Below are positions 36,736-46,756 of a stretch of DNA of 64,000 nucleotides, piece by piece. Position 1 is the first letter of the stretch; the number at the start of each line of letters is the position of its first letter. Source of the DNA: Candidatus Krumholzibacteriia bacterium (GTDB lineage Bacteria; Krumholzibacteriota; Krumholzibacteriia; LZORAL124-64-63); assembly GCA_046484865.1 (NCBI GenBank), contig JAWOID010000144.1, positions 1 through 64,000 on the forward strand. Direction: 5' to 3'. The position numbers were made by a program, and so were the translations under genes. The notes under the pieces were generated by a model. It was not told where the DNA came from and searched no databases. It worked only from the letters and a program-made list of their open reading frames with translations.

Positions 36736-37999
36736 ACCCGCCGCACCTGCCGGCGGGCAGCCGCAGATGGAGTGTGCGGAGCAGGCGAGCGACGATCCTG
36801 GCGGCGCCCTCACGGCTTCCCGCCCCGCCCATGACGCAGCCAGTCGCGACACCGACGACGCGGCCACTCGCGACGCCGACGACGCGGCCACTCGCGTCGC
36901 CCCCGATCTCCTCGTGGTGGTCCAGTTCAAGGGCCACCGCAAGAGCTACTACCACAACCGGCGCGGCATCTCCCTGGCCGTCGATCAGTACTGTCTGGTG
37001 GAGGCGGATCGCGGGCGGGACCTGGGCCGGGTCACGTACATTGGACCAGGCAAGGAATCGTGGTGGCGCGTGGCCGCGCGGCAGGGCGTGCTGGCGGCGG
37101 CGAGTCCGCTGGACCTGGAGAAGCTGGCGCAGAACCGGGGCGACGAGTGGGAGTACTGGGACATCGCCCAGGAGAAGATCCAGGCGCGCCGCCTGCACAT
37201 GAACCTGGTGACGGTGGAGCGGCAGTTCGACGGGAACAAGATCACCTTCTACTTCACGGCAGAGCAGCGCGTCGATTTCCGCGAACTCGTGCGCGACCTG
37301 GCCGCGGTGTTCCGGACCCGCATCGAGCTGCGGCAGATCGGTGTACGGGACGAAGCTCGCCTCAAGGGCGGCATGGGCATCTGCGGACGCGAGTTCTGCT
37401 GCGCCACGTTCCTGCACGAGTTCATCCCGGTGACCCTGAAGATGGCCAAGGAACAGCAGATGCCGCTGAACCCCGGCAAGCTGTCGGGGCTCTGCGGGCG
37501 GCTGCGCTGCTGTCTGACCTTCGAGCACGCGAGCTACCGCGAGGCGTTGCAGTCGATGCCGCGCGTGGGCTGCCGCATCCAGCGCAACGGCGACTCGGGG
37601 ATCGTGCGCAAGCTCGATCCGGTGCGACGACTGGTCACCTTCCAGGGCGACGATGGCGAGTTGCAGACGTCCGACCCCTCCGAGCTGGTCTGGGAGCGTG
37701 AGCGGCAGGAGGAACCGAACCGACATCCGCCCCGACGCAAGGGGGGCGGCGGAGGCCGGGGGACCGGCGGAGCCGGTGGGGACGGCGGAGGCCGGGGGAC
37801 CGGCGGAGCCCGCGGAGGCCGGCGGGACGGCGGCGCCGGGGGGGACGGCGGCTCTGGCGGCCACCGCGGCAACGGGCCGAAGAGCGGGGGCTGACCCGCG
37901 TCATGTTCCGGGTTTCACCCTCGAGCCTGGATCCGTCTCGCGGGCGATTCCGGCCCGGGCAGGCGAGGTTTCGGCAGGCAGGCGAGGTCTCCTGATTCC

Positions 38000-38938
38000 A
38001 TGATCGACAGTCATGTCCACCTGAACCGCGCCGAGTTCGACGCCGACCGCACCGGGGTCGTCGAGCGGGCCGCGACCGCCGGCGTGACGATGATGCTCGA
38101 GGTCGCCTACGACCTGCTCAGCAGCGAGGCCGCCGTGGAGCTGGCCTCGCCGGCGCCGGAGCGGTTGCGGGCCACGGTCGGCATCCACCCGCACGATGCG
38201 CTGCTCGTCGCCGACGCCGAGGGCCGGATCACCGCCGAGGGACATGCCGCGCTGGACCGCCTGCGCGAACTGGCCGCCCGCTCCGAGGTGGTCGCCGTTG
38301 GCGAGATCGGGCTGGACTTCTACCGCGACCTCTCGCCGCGTCCTGCTCAGCGCGCCGCTCTGGCGGCACAGCTCCGGCTGGCAGGGGAGCTCGACCTGCC
38401 GGTGATCTTCCACACCCGTGACGCGTATCCCGAACTGATCGCCCAGGTGGAGGAAGCCGGCGTCCCGAGGCGGGGGGCCGTCCTGCACTCGTTCGCCGGC
38501 GACGACCATGCCGTGGCCTGGGCCCGGCGGCATGGTGTTCTGCTGGGCATCGGCGGGCCCGTCACGTACAAGAACAGCCGGCTGCCCGGCCTGCTGGCCG
38601 CGGCGGCCGCCGACCTCGGCGCGCCCGGCGACACCGGCACGTTCGACGCGCCCGCCGGTTTAGACGCGTCCGGCGGCCCCGAGACGGGGCGCCATGGTGC
38701 GGCGGCCCTGCTCGATCTCCTCCTCCTGGAGACCGATGCGCCATGGCTGCCGCCGGTGCCCCACCGCGGGCAGCGCAACGAACCGGCGTATCTGCGCCAT
38801 ACTCGCGACCGGCTCGCCGAGGTGCTCGGCGTGACGCCGCAGGAGGTGGAGCGGCGCACGGATGCGAACTTCACGCGCCTCTTCCTGGGCGGCGCCGGTC
38901 CGGTCCTTGCTTGCTCTGTCGGAGGGCACAACCTTTGA
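38000..38938 (+). CDS. tatD: TatD family DNase
   Basis: DSHVH, GIHPH, GEIGLD, HTRDA, LHSF, LETDAPW, RGQRNEPA. Confidence 0.93.
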   Translation: MIDSHVHLNRAEFDADRTGVVERAATAGVTMMLEVAYDLLSSEAAVELASPAPERLRATVGIHPHDALLVADAEGRITAEGHAALDRLRELAARSEVVAVGEIGLDFYRDLSPRPAQRAALAAQLRLAGELDLPVIFHTRDAYPELIAQVEEAGVPRRGAVLHSFAGDDHAVAWARRHGVLLGIGGPVTYKNSRLPGLLAAAAADLGAPGDTGTFDAPAGLDASGGPETGRHGAAALLDLLLLETDAPWLPPVPHRGQRNEPAYLRHTRDRLAEVLGVTPQEVERRTDANFTRLFLGGAGPVLACSVGGHNL

Positions 38939-39771
38939 GCCGCAGCCAGCTCGCGTTGCTCAGGGCGTACGGCATCCGTCCGCTCAAGCGGCGTGGGCAG
39001 AATTTCCTGGTGGATGCGAACCTGGCGCACGCCATCGCCGCCGACGTGCTGACGATCGGCCGCGAGGTCCTGGAACTCGGCGCGGGAGCCGGCGCTCTGA
39101 CCGCCCCCCTGCTCGAGGCGGGAGCGCGGGTGACGGCGGTGGAGATCGACCGCGACCTCTGCCGGCTCCTGCAGGGCGAGTTCGGGGGCGACCCTCGACT
39201 CGATCTGCAGCAAGAAGATCTGACCCGGCTGGACTGGACCAGGCTCCTCGCGCAGGCGGGAGACCGGCCGGTGGTCGCCGGCAATCTCCCGTACCTGCTC
39301 ACCAGCAAGGTCCTGTTCGCCCTGGCGGACCACCAGCAGCGAGTGGCGGGGGCAGTGGTCATGGTCCAGAAGGAAGTGGCTGACCGTCTGGTCGCGTCGC
39401 CCGGCGGTCGCGACTACGGAGTGCTCGCGGTGATCCTGGGGTCGCTCTTCCACGTCGAGATCAGTCGCACGGTGCCGCCGTCGGTGTTCTGGCCCCGCCC
39501 CGACGTGTCCTCTGCGGTGGTCAGGATGTCGCCGGCCGAAGCCTGGCCCCACGCCGAGCGGAAGCATTTCCAGACCCTGGTGAAGACGTGCTTCGAGCAG
39601 CGTCGCAAGCAGATGGCCACCCAGCTCCGCGACCGCTTCGCACTCGACGAGGGCGAGATCGCCGCGCTCGCGGCGGCGGTCGACTTCGATCCCCAGGCGC
39701 GACCCGAAGCGCTTCCGCGCGCCACGTGGCGCCGGCTCGCCCGGGCCCTGCCGCCGGAGGGGGACGCATGA
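38935..39771 (+). CDS. rsmA: 16S rRNA m6,2A dimethyltransferase
   Basis: KRRGQNFL, VLELGAGAGALT, VEID, GNLPY, MVQKEVADR, FWPRPDVSSAV, RRK; TTGA overlap with tatD. Confidence 0.95.
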   Translation: MSRSQLALLRAYGIRPLKRRGQNFLVDANLAHAIAADVLTIGREVLELGAGAGALTAPLLEAGARVTAVEIDRDLCRLLQGEFGGDPRLDLQQEDLTRLDWTRLLAQAGDRPVVAGNLPYLLTSKVLFALADHQQRVAGAVVMVQKEVADRLVASPGGRDYGVLAVILGSLFHVEISRTVPPSVFWPRPDVSSAVVRMSPAEAWPHAERKHFQTLVKTCFEQRRKQMATQLRDRFALDEGEIAALAAAVDFDPQARPEALPRATWRRLARALPPEGDA

Positions 39772-41996
39772 CCGTCGCGTCCGCCCGGGCGGTCCGGCTC
39801 TGGCCGGTCATGCCGGCCCTGCTGGCCCTGCACCTCGCCGCCGGCGGCGCCGATGCCGCGCAGTTGCCGCCGCCGGCGGCACCGGCCGCTGCGTCCCTGC
39901 TGGCGGGCGCCGGTGCCGGCACCGCCGCCGGCGCTGCCGCCGCCGCCGACGCTGCCGCTGCCGCCGACGCCGCCACCGACGACGACCCCGTGGCCGGCGC
40001 CGCGGCCGACACCACGGCGGCGGACGGCACGTCGTCCGCCGGCCGCGGAGACCGTCCCCTCAGCGCCGCCGATCTGGCCCGCGCCATGAGCGAGGGCACC
40101 GCACCCGCCGCTTCGGACCTGCCCGCCGCCGACGGCGCCGAGATGCCGTTCCTGGTCTCCTGGCGGCACAATCCGGTGTTCCGGGTCGATACCGACGTGC
40201 GCCGGGTGGGCTGGGGCGCCGACTGGACCGAGTCCGTCGTCATGCGCGCCGCCCAGCGGTTCGAGGCGAGCGGCGGCTACGGCCGGGAGGACTATCGACG
40301 GCAGGACCGCACGGTGGACCGCTACGCCGGGAGCGCCAGCTACCTCAGTGGCCAGGCGCTACCTCTGGACCTCTCGCTGCGGGGGGACTGGAGTCGCAAC
40401 GAGGACCGCATCGTCAACACCGCCGGCACCGAGAACCTCAACCTGCGCGACATGCGGACCGCGAGCGCGCAGCTCCGGAAGACCGGCCTGTGGACCGGTG
40501 GATTCAAGCACGACCTCGAGCTCACCGGCCGCCAGGTGGAGCGGAGCGGCGAGAACCAGGGCCAGGCGGACAACGCTTCCGACAAGGATGCGGCCGGCGC
40601 GGTGCGCACGCGCTTCGGCCTGGCGGACGGCGTGCGGGCGGCCACGCGCGTGTACGCGATGACCGGCGAGGGCACGCGCCGCCTGGGCACCGAGACGAGC
40701 CCGGCCCACGATCGCGGCGACACGCTCGGAGCCGGCGTCTACTACGACCGCCCTCATCTGCGCGGCAGCATCGTGGTGACCCGCAGCAACTTCGAGAGCC
40801 AGTACCTCGACTTCCGCAAGAACGAGAACGGTCTGGTGGACACGCTCAACCTGGCTCTGGGCGTCCCGAAGATCGTGAACGAGACCGAGGCGCGCGACGC
40901 ATTGACGCTGCGGTGGAACAACACGGTGCGGCTCGGCCGGCTCGGACTCGAGGGTCAGCTGGCCCGCACCACCGACCGGGTGACCTACGCCATGAGCCGG
41001 GCGGGTCTCCGCGAGCGGCAGGCGGACGAGGCCGGCGCGACGCTCACCTTCGCGGCGGGCCGTGACAGCTTCGCCGTGGGCTACAACTACAGCTGGCGCT
41101 GGGAGGACCAGAAGTACGGCGGCGCCGTCGACTACCGCGGCAAGAAGTACGACATCCGGCGCGAGACATTCATGGGATGGACACACCGGCTCTTCCGCCA
41201 CACCAACCTGATGGTGAACTACCGAGAGGTGCTCAGCCAGACCATCGCCGAGAACGGGTTCGATCAGAACGATCGCGACCGGCACGACCTCGACGTCGCC
41301 GCCGACCTGGTGACGAGCTGGCGCAGCGGCTTCCGCACGAACATGAATTTCCATTACAAGCAGTTGCAGGACGTTTCGATCCGTTCCGCGCGCTCGTCCA
41401 ACAACAGCACCCGGGACACGTACGAGCTGGCCCCCAGCTACGCCTGGGACGTGGCAAGCTGGCTGTCGTTCCGGCAGAGCTTCCGCGTCTTCATCGAGTA
41501 CTCCGACTACCATTACGACGCCTTGCCCCAGACCCGGAAGCGCGACGACTACAACAAGCGCGGCAACCTGCAGACCGAGGTCGTGATCTCGCCCTCACGC
41601 CGGCTGGAGGTGACCGTGAAGCACGATTACGACCAGCGTTTCAATGCCGAGCGCTCGCGTAGCGATATCCTGGGCAACGACTTCTACCAGCGCACGCAGG
41701 AGCAGGCCACCAACCGGTTGAACCTGGACTTCCGCTTCGTGGCGGCGCCCTGGATCACGGTCGAGGGGGCCACCTTCCGCACTCGCGACGTCCGCGACAT
41801 CCTGGGTGCGAACACGACCACGACCGAGCAGTACTCCGGCCAGCTCTGGCTCGGGGCGCGGCTCAGCCAGGACATGGGCGAGTCCGGCCTGAAGATCGCG
41901 GGAACCGTGAGGCGCTACCTGGCCTATGGACCCAACGTCACCGACACGAGCGACGACTACTGGCAGGCGAACCTGACCCTCGACTGGAGCTTCTGA
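39768..41996 (+). CDS. Putative outer-membrane beta-barrel protein, function unknown
   Basis: Signal peptide, Ala/Asp-rich linker, alternating beta-strand pattern rich in Y/R/D/N, C-terminal LTLDWSF typical of Bam substrates. Confidence 0.7.
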   Translation: MTVASARAVRLWPVMPALLALHLAAGGADAAQLPPPAAPAAASLLAGAGAGTAAGAAAAADAAAAADAATDDDPVAGAAADTTAADGTSSAGRGDRPLSAADLARAMSEGTAPAASDLPAADGAEMPFLVSWRHNPVFRVDTDVRRVGWGADWTESVVMRAAQRFEASGGYGREDYRRQDRTVDRYAGSASYLSGQALPLDLSLRGDWSRNEDRIVNTAGTENLNLRDMRTASAQLRKTGLWTGGFKHDLELTGRQVERSGENQGQADNASDKDAAGAVRTRFGLADGVRAATRVYAMTGEGTRRLGTETSPAHDRGDTLGAGVYYDRPHLRGSIVVTRSNFESQYLDFRKNENGLVDTLNLALGVPKIVNETEARDALTLRWNNTVRLGRLGLEGQLARTTDRVTYAMSRAGLRERQADEAGATLTFAAGRDSFAVGYNYSWRWEDQKYGGAVDYRGKKYDIRRETFMGWTHRLFRHTNLMVNYREVLSQTIAENGFDQNDRDRHDLDVAADLVTSWRSGFRTNMNFHYKQLQDVSIRSARSSNNSTRDTYELAPSYAWDVASWLSFRQSFRVFIEYSDYHYDALPQTRKRDDYNKRGNLQTEVVISPSRRLEVTVKHDYDQRFNAERSRSDILGNDFYQRTQEQATNRLNLDFRFVAAPWITVEGATFRTRDVRDILGANTTTTEQYSGQLWLGARLSQDMGESGLKIAGTVRRYLAYGPNVTDTSDDYWQANLTLDWSF

Positions 41997-41998
41997 CC

Positions 41999-42691
41999 AT
42001 GGCCGAGAACACGAGGAAGGCGAGCGCGCCTGGGGCCGGGACCACCCGACCGCGACCCGGCGCCGTCCGGAGCGGCCCCGGCCGGCCGGCCGGCGTCCTG
42101 CGCCGGACGTGCGCGGCGGCGGCGCTGCTGCTGCTGGCGGGGATGCTGGGGGGATGCCTGTTCGAGCCACGCAGCGCGGAGCCGCCGGTCTCCGGCGACG
42201 TCATCCAGTATAGCCCGCAGACGTCGGCTCGCAGCGTCTGGGCGAACATGGAACTGGCGCTGGAGAACACCGATCCCGGCGGCTGGGACCAGAACGTCTC
42301 GGCCGACTTCAGATACCTCCCGGACCCCGACACCGAGGTGGCTCATCCCACCGTGAACTGGGAGAACTGGGGCAAGGCCGACGAGATGGACTTCATCGTC
42401 GGCTGGTTCGGATCGAACGTGGAGATCGAAGCGGATCTGGTCGACGACCCCATCCAGACCGCCGATCCCGGCGGTCTCACCGGCGAGTGGGAACTGATCT
42501 ACCTGATCCGGGTCACCGACGAGTTCGGAAGGGAGACTCGCTACCGGGGACGCGCCTTCATCGGCTTCGAGTCGCCGGGGAACTTCTGGTACGTCAGCCA
42601 CTGGCGCGACGTCCAGGGCGAGGAAGACCCCGTCTCGGGAGCGAGCCTCCAGACTTTGGGGGCGATTCGCGGAGCCATCGCCGCCAACTGA
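41999..42691 (+). CDS. Hypothetical lipoprotein (possibly NTF2-like)
   Basis: Lipobox LGGC followed by LFEPR; start uncertain; resembles the next gene. Confidence 0.7.
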   Translation: MAENTRKASAPGAGTTRPRPGAVRSGPGRPAGVLRRTCAAAALLLLAGMLGGCLFEPRSAEPPVSGDVIQYSPQTSARSVWANMELALENTDPGGWDQNVSADFRYLPDPDTEVAHPTVNWENWGKADEMDFIVGWFGSNVEIEADLVDDPIQTADPGGLTGEWELIYLIRVTDEFGRETRYRGRAFIGFESPGNFWYVSHWRDVQGEEDPVSGASLQTLGAIRGAIAAN

Positions 42692-43033
42692 GCGGTTCCG
42701 CCGGACCGGCTGTCCGGACGACGCCCGGACCGATCGGCGACCCGCCGGCGGGCGTCGGTGGCGAGCCGTCGCAGAAATGATTCCACGCGCGGCGTCTTTT
42801 TGGTATATTGATGTGCGGCGGAGCGGCGGAGCCCGCCGCGCGGCGCGGACGATGTCCGTGCCCGGCCATTCCGTCCAACCTGCAGATCCTGGGGGTGGTG
42901 CGCGTACTCTTTGCTAACCGGCATGATCGTTCACGATGACGTCACCATGTCGAAGGCGAGGAGGCACCCGCGCCGCGCATGCCTGCCGCGGCCGCGCGCA
43001 GGGCTCCTCACCCGCACCAGGAGGTAGGGATCC

Positions 43034-43597
43034 ATGAAACTGCAGCGCCTGTGGCTGATCCTCGCAGCCGTCGCCATGCTGGCGATGTCCGGCTGTATCT
43101 TCTCACCGGATGACGACAACGACGACCCGCCGCCCCCGATCCCGCGCCCGGAGCTCACCACGAAGGATGCGGTGATCACGAACTACGCTCTCGTCTACGC
43201 CGACCGTGACATCGATGCCTACGGCAATCTGCTCCACGGCGACTTCGTGTTCGAGGATACGGATCGGGAGATCACGAACTACGACGACGAGATGACGACG
43301 ACCCGGAACATGTTCACGGAGCAGCCTGGGCGCGACGAGAACGATCGGGTCGTCCCGGGCCTCTCGTCGATCAACGCCACCCTCACGGCGATCGATTCCT
43401 GGCAAGAGGTTTCGCCCGAGCATCCGTACTTCGGCGGCGTCGGCGCGCAGGTTCGCGCCTACCGGGTGGAGTTCATCTTCCAGCCTTCCGGCGCCACTTA
43501 CTTCTTCCAGGTCGAGGGGCCGGCCAACTTCTACGTGATCCCCGTGGACGGTGACGAGTGGCGCCTGCTCGGCATCGAGGATCGCACCGTGATCTAG
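43034..43597 (+). CDS. Hypothetical lipoprotein (possibly NTF2/SnoaL-like)
   Basis: AGGAGG RBS, signal peptide with lipobox MSGC, YADRDIDAYGNLLHGDFVF, C-terminal EWRLLGIED. Confidence 0.8.
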   Translation: MKLQRLWLILAAVAMLAMSGCIFSPDDDNDDPPPPIPRPELTTKDAVITNYALVYADRDIDAYGNLLHGDFVFEDTDREITNYDDEMTTTRNMFTEQPGRDENDRVVPGLSSINATLTAIDSWQEVSPEHPYFGGVGAQVRAYRVEFIFQPSGATYFFQVEGPANFYVIPVDGDEWRLLGIEDRTVI

Positions 43598-43802
43598 CCG
43601 GCCAGCCGGGGCGGCGATCGCAGGTTGCAGCTCTCCGGGACCCGACGCGCCGCGGGCGCGAAGCGTGAGACTGACGATGCACCGCCGGCCCTCCGGGGTC
43701 GGCGGTGCTGTCTGGTCCGGGACTTCCAGGAGGACGGCCCGTTCCGGCTGGGCCGGCCGGCCGGACGGACCCGACCAGCCGGGCCGCCGGTCGCGCGGGG
43801 GC

Positions 43803-43830
43803 TTGACCGCGGCGCGGAGCTTGCTTTAAT
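43803..43830 (+). promoter_or_regulatory. Putative sigma70 promoter (TTGACC-16-TTTAAT with TG extension)
   Basis: About 85 bp upstream of the deacetylase gene. Confidence 0.4.
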
Positions 43831-43914
43831 GGCGGCGATGCTTCGCGAATCGCGCCGGCTGCGGCCGGCCGCCGCCGCCGCTGCTCCGGCGTTCCCCGCG
43901 ACGAGGATGATACG

Positions 43915-45447
43915 GTGCCCCGCACTTCCGACAGCCGCTCACGCAGGTCCGGACGCTCGGGCGCCGGCGCCCGCCGGGGCGCCGGGCGATCGAAACGACC
44001 CGGCGGCAGCGGCACGAGCGGCGCCCCCCGCTGGCTGGTGGTCGGGATCGCCGGCGGCGCCCTGCTGCTGGGGCTGCTGGCCGCCGGCATCCTGGGCTGG
44101 TCGCGGACCGATCCCGGGCAGTCGGCGCTCCTGCGTCTCGGTTCGGACCGGATGTACCCGCTGGTTCAGCGCGGGATCGAGGAAGCTCTGCGACCCTTGC
44201 TGCCCGACCTCTGGTGCGGTCCCGCCGCCGGCGGCGGTGCGCCCGCCTCCGCGCACGACTGGACGCACACCGACGACTCCGGCGCGCCCGCCGCCATCCG
44301 GTGCCGCGTGGTGGCCGCGCCGGCCGGCGCGACCTTCTGGGAGGTGCAGCAGCAGGTGGCCGAAGCGGTGATGCCGCTGGGTGCGCGGATTCTCTGGGCC
44401 GAGCGGCTGCCGCGAACGGACGCGGGTGCCACGACATCCTGCGGCGCCGGCCTCGACGCCGAGTCGGCCGATCTCCTGCGTCTGGACCTGGGGGTGATCG
44501 GTCGGCCCACCCACACCCTGGTCGTGCACGCGGCCGCGACGCCGGCTCCGGTGGTGCACTGGACCCGCGACGCCGTGGCCAGCGCCTGGGACATCCTCGC
44601 GGCGGGATCGCAGCAGCCCACGATCGCCATCGTCATCGACGACTGGGGCTTCTTCCACAGCCGCGTCACCGAGGGGCTGCTGGCCCTGCCGGTGCCGCTC
44701 ACGGCGGCGGTGCTGCCGGGCCTGCCTTACTCGCGGCGCTTCGCCCTGGCCGCCACGGAGCTGGCGTTGCCGCCGGCGGACGGGGCGGCCCACCTTACGC
44801 CCGGCCGTCGCGACGCTGCCCGGGAAGCGCGCCGGGCGGCGGGGTGCCCGGTCGAGATCTCCCTGGGATCGGCCGCCCCCGAGCTGGCCGGCCGGCGTCG
44901 TGAAGTCATCCTGCACCTGCCGATGGAGCCGGAGGGGTACCCCGCGGTGGACCCCGGTCCGCTGGCCATCACCGTGGGGATGTCCGAGGTGGACATCGCC
45001 GCCGTCGTGGACCACGCGCTCGCCGGGTTGCCCGGCGTCACCGGCGTCAACAACCACATGGGCAGCCGCGCGACGGCCGACCGTGCCACCATGAGCCGGC
45101 TGATGCGGGTGCTGCGCGAGCGGGGCCTCCACTATGTGGACAGCCTCACCACCCCCCGTTCCGTGGCCTACGCCGAGGCGCAGCGGGCCGGCCTGGCCAG
45201 TGCCCGCAGCCGCATCTTCCTGGACGAGGGGCGACCCGACGCCGCGGGTGTTCGCCGCAACCTCGACGCCCTGGTCCGGGCCGCGCGAGCCGGCGGGTTC
45301 GCCGTGGGCATCGGCCATCCGCACGCCGCCACGCTGGAGGCTCTCGCAGCGGAATTGCCGCGCCTGGCCGCCGCGGGCGTGCGCTTCGTCACCGTCTCCG
45401 AACTGATCGCCCTGCAGACCCTGAGGGATGCGTCGGCGGCGTCCTGA
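43915..45447 (+). CDS. Divergent polysaccharide deacetylase family protein (YibQ-like), membrane anchored
   Basis: IAIVIDDWG, AVLP, EVILHLPMEP, GVNNHMGS, YVDSLT, IFLD, GIGHP. Confidence 0.9.
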   Translation: MPRTSDSRSRRSGRSGAGARRGAGRSKRPGGSGTSGAPRWLVVGIAGGALLLGLLAAGILGWSRTDPGQSALLRLGSDRMYPLVQRGIEEALRPLLPDLWCGPAAGGGAPASAHDWTHTDDSGAPAAIRCRVVAAPAGATFWEVQQQVAEAVMPLGARILWAERLPRTDAGATTSCGAGLDAESADLLRLDLGVIGRPTHTLVVHAAATPAPVVHWTRDAVASAWDILAAGSQQPTIAIVIDDWGFFHSRVTEGLLALPVPLTAAVLPGLPYSRRFALAATELALPPADGAAHLTPGRRDAAREARRAAGCPVEISLGSAAPELAGRRREVILHLPMEPEGYPAVDPGPLAITVGMSEVDIAAVVDHALAGLPGVTGVNNHMGSRATADRATMSRLMRVLRERGLHYVDSLTTPRSVAYAEAQRAGLASARSRIFLDEGRPDAAGVRRNLDALVRAARAGGFAVGIGHPHAATLEALAAELPRLAAAGVRFVTVSELIALQTLRDASAAS

Positions 45448-45474
45448 GCCGCCCGCGCGCAGGAGTTCCCGTCC

Positions 45475-46551
45475 GTGAGCGAGGTGTTCTTCCTCCCCGC
45501 CTCCACCGCCGCCGGGCCGTACTCCGTGGGCCAGAAGGTGGCTCGCATCTTCGCCGCGCTGCAACTGACCCCGGGACTCCGCCGCCGCTCCCTGGTGGCC
45601 CTGAAGGTCCAGGTGGGAGAGCGCGGCCGGCCGGCGCCGCTGCCGCCGGCATGGGTGCAGCCGCTGGCCCGGCAACTCGCCGACGCCGGGATGCTCCCCT
45701 TCTTCACCGATACCTGCGCGCTGCAGCGCGGCCACCTGAGCAACGGCGTGCTGCACGCCCGCGCCGCCCACGACCGGGGCTTCGAGCCGGTCTCGGCCGG
45801 GGCGCCCTACCTGGTGGCCGACGGCCTCGCCGGGGAGGCGGCGGTGAGGGTTCCGGTGCCCGGCCGCAACGGGCGGAGCGCGACGGTGGCCCAGCTCGCC
45901 GTTCGTGCCGACGCCCTGGTCACGGTGGCGCACGTGACGGGCCACCTGCAGAGCGGCCTCGGCGGCGTCCTCATGGCGCTGGGCCACGGACTCGCGTCCC
46001 GGGCCGGCAAGCTGGACCAGAGCGAGGCGCTCAGGCCGCGGGTCGACACTCCCATGTGCGCTGGTTGCGGGGTCTGCCTGGAGATCTGCAACTTCGACGC
46101 CATCCGCCTGGAGGGAGGGCGCGCGGTCATCGACCAGGCCCGGTGCACCGGTTGTGGCCAGTGCATGACCGTGTGCTACATGGAGGGGATCCGGCCCGAC
46201 ATCGCCCGCGGCAGTCCGGTGTTCCAGGAACGGGTGGCGGAGCACGCCGCGGCGGTGCTGCGGGGCAAGGAGGGCCGGACGGGCCACCTGGCGCTGCTGA
46301 TGCGCGTGACCAACCATGCCGATTCCGTCGGACGTAGCGAACGCCCTCTGTTCCCGGACATCGGCGTGCTCGCGGCCACCGACCCGGTCGCGCTCGACCA
46401 GGCGGTCCTCGACCTCGTCGCGCGGGAGACGGGTCGGCCGCTGACCGCGTGGACCGACCGTCAGCCCGATCCCGAGCCCCTGCTGGCGCATGCCGAGGCG
46501 CTGGGAGTGGGGTCCCGCAGCTACCGGCTGGCGCAGCTGCCGGCAGACTGA
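45475..46551 (+). CDS. DUF362 domain protein with a 2x[4Fe-4S] ferredoxin insert
   Basis: CAGCGVCLEIC and CTGCGQCMTVC; PDIGVLAATDPVALDQA; HAEALGVGSRSYRL. Confidence 0.85.
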   Translation: MSEVFFLPASTAAGPYSVGQKVARIFAALQLTPGLRRRSLVALKVQVGERGRPAPLPPAWVQPLARQLADAGMLPFFTDTCALQRGHLSNGVLHARAAHDRGFEPVSAGAPYLVADGLAGEAAVRVPVPGRNGRSATVAQLAVRADALVTVAHVTGHLQSGLGGVLMALGHGLASRAGKLDQSEALRPRVDTPMCAGCGVCLEICNFDAIRLEGGRAVIDQARCTGCGQCMTVCYMEGIRPDIARGSPVFQERVAEHAAAVLRGKEGRTGHLALLMRVTNHADSVGRSERPLFPDIGVLAATDPVALDQAVLDLVARETGRPLTAWTDRQPDPEPLLAHAEALGVGSRSYRLAQLPAD

Positions 46552-46574
46552 GCCACCCCGGGGGGCGATTGTCT

Positions 46575-46604
46575 TTGCGACCGGCTGGAAGGATGTGTTA
46601 TACT
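46575..46604 (+). promoter_or_regulatory. Putative sigma70 promoter for secDF (TTGCGA-18-TATACT, extended -10 TG)
   Basis: Near-consensus hexamers about 150 bp upstream of secD. Confidence 0.55.
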
Positions 46605-46756
46605 TGCCCGGGTTTTTCGGTGGGGCGGACCTCCGCGGTGCGCCTTGATGCGTTTTTGGGGCCCCGCCGCCGCAGGCATCGAGGCGCGTTTTTGTGCGAG
46701 ATCCCCGCGCAGCGCGTTGTCCGCGCGGGACCACGAACCGATTGCAGGAGAAACTC

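Noticed and set aside
42895..42935. Sigma54-like motifs upstream of the 43034 lipoprotein
   Set aside because: GG-N10-GC spacing is not met (CGGCATGATCGTTCAC has CA in place of GC).
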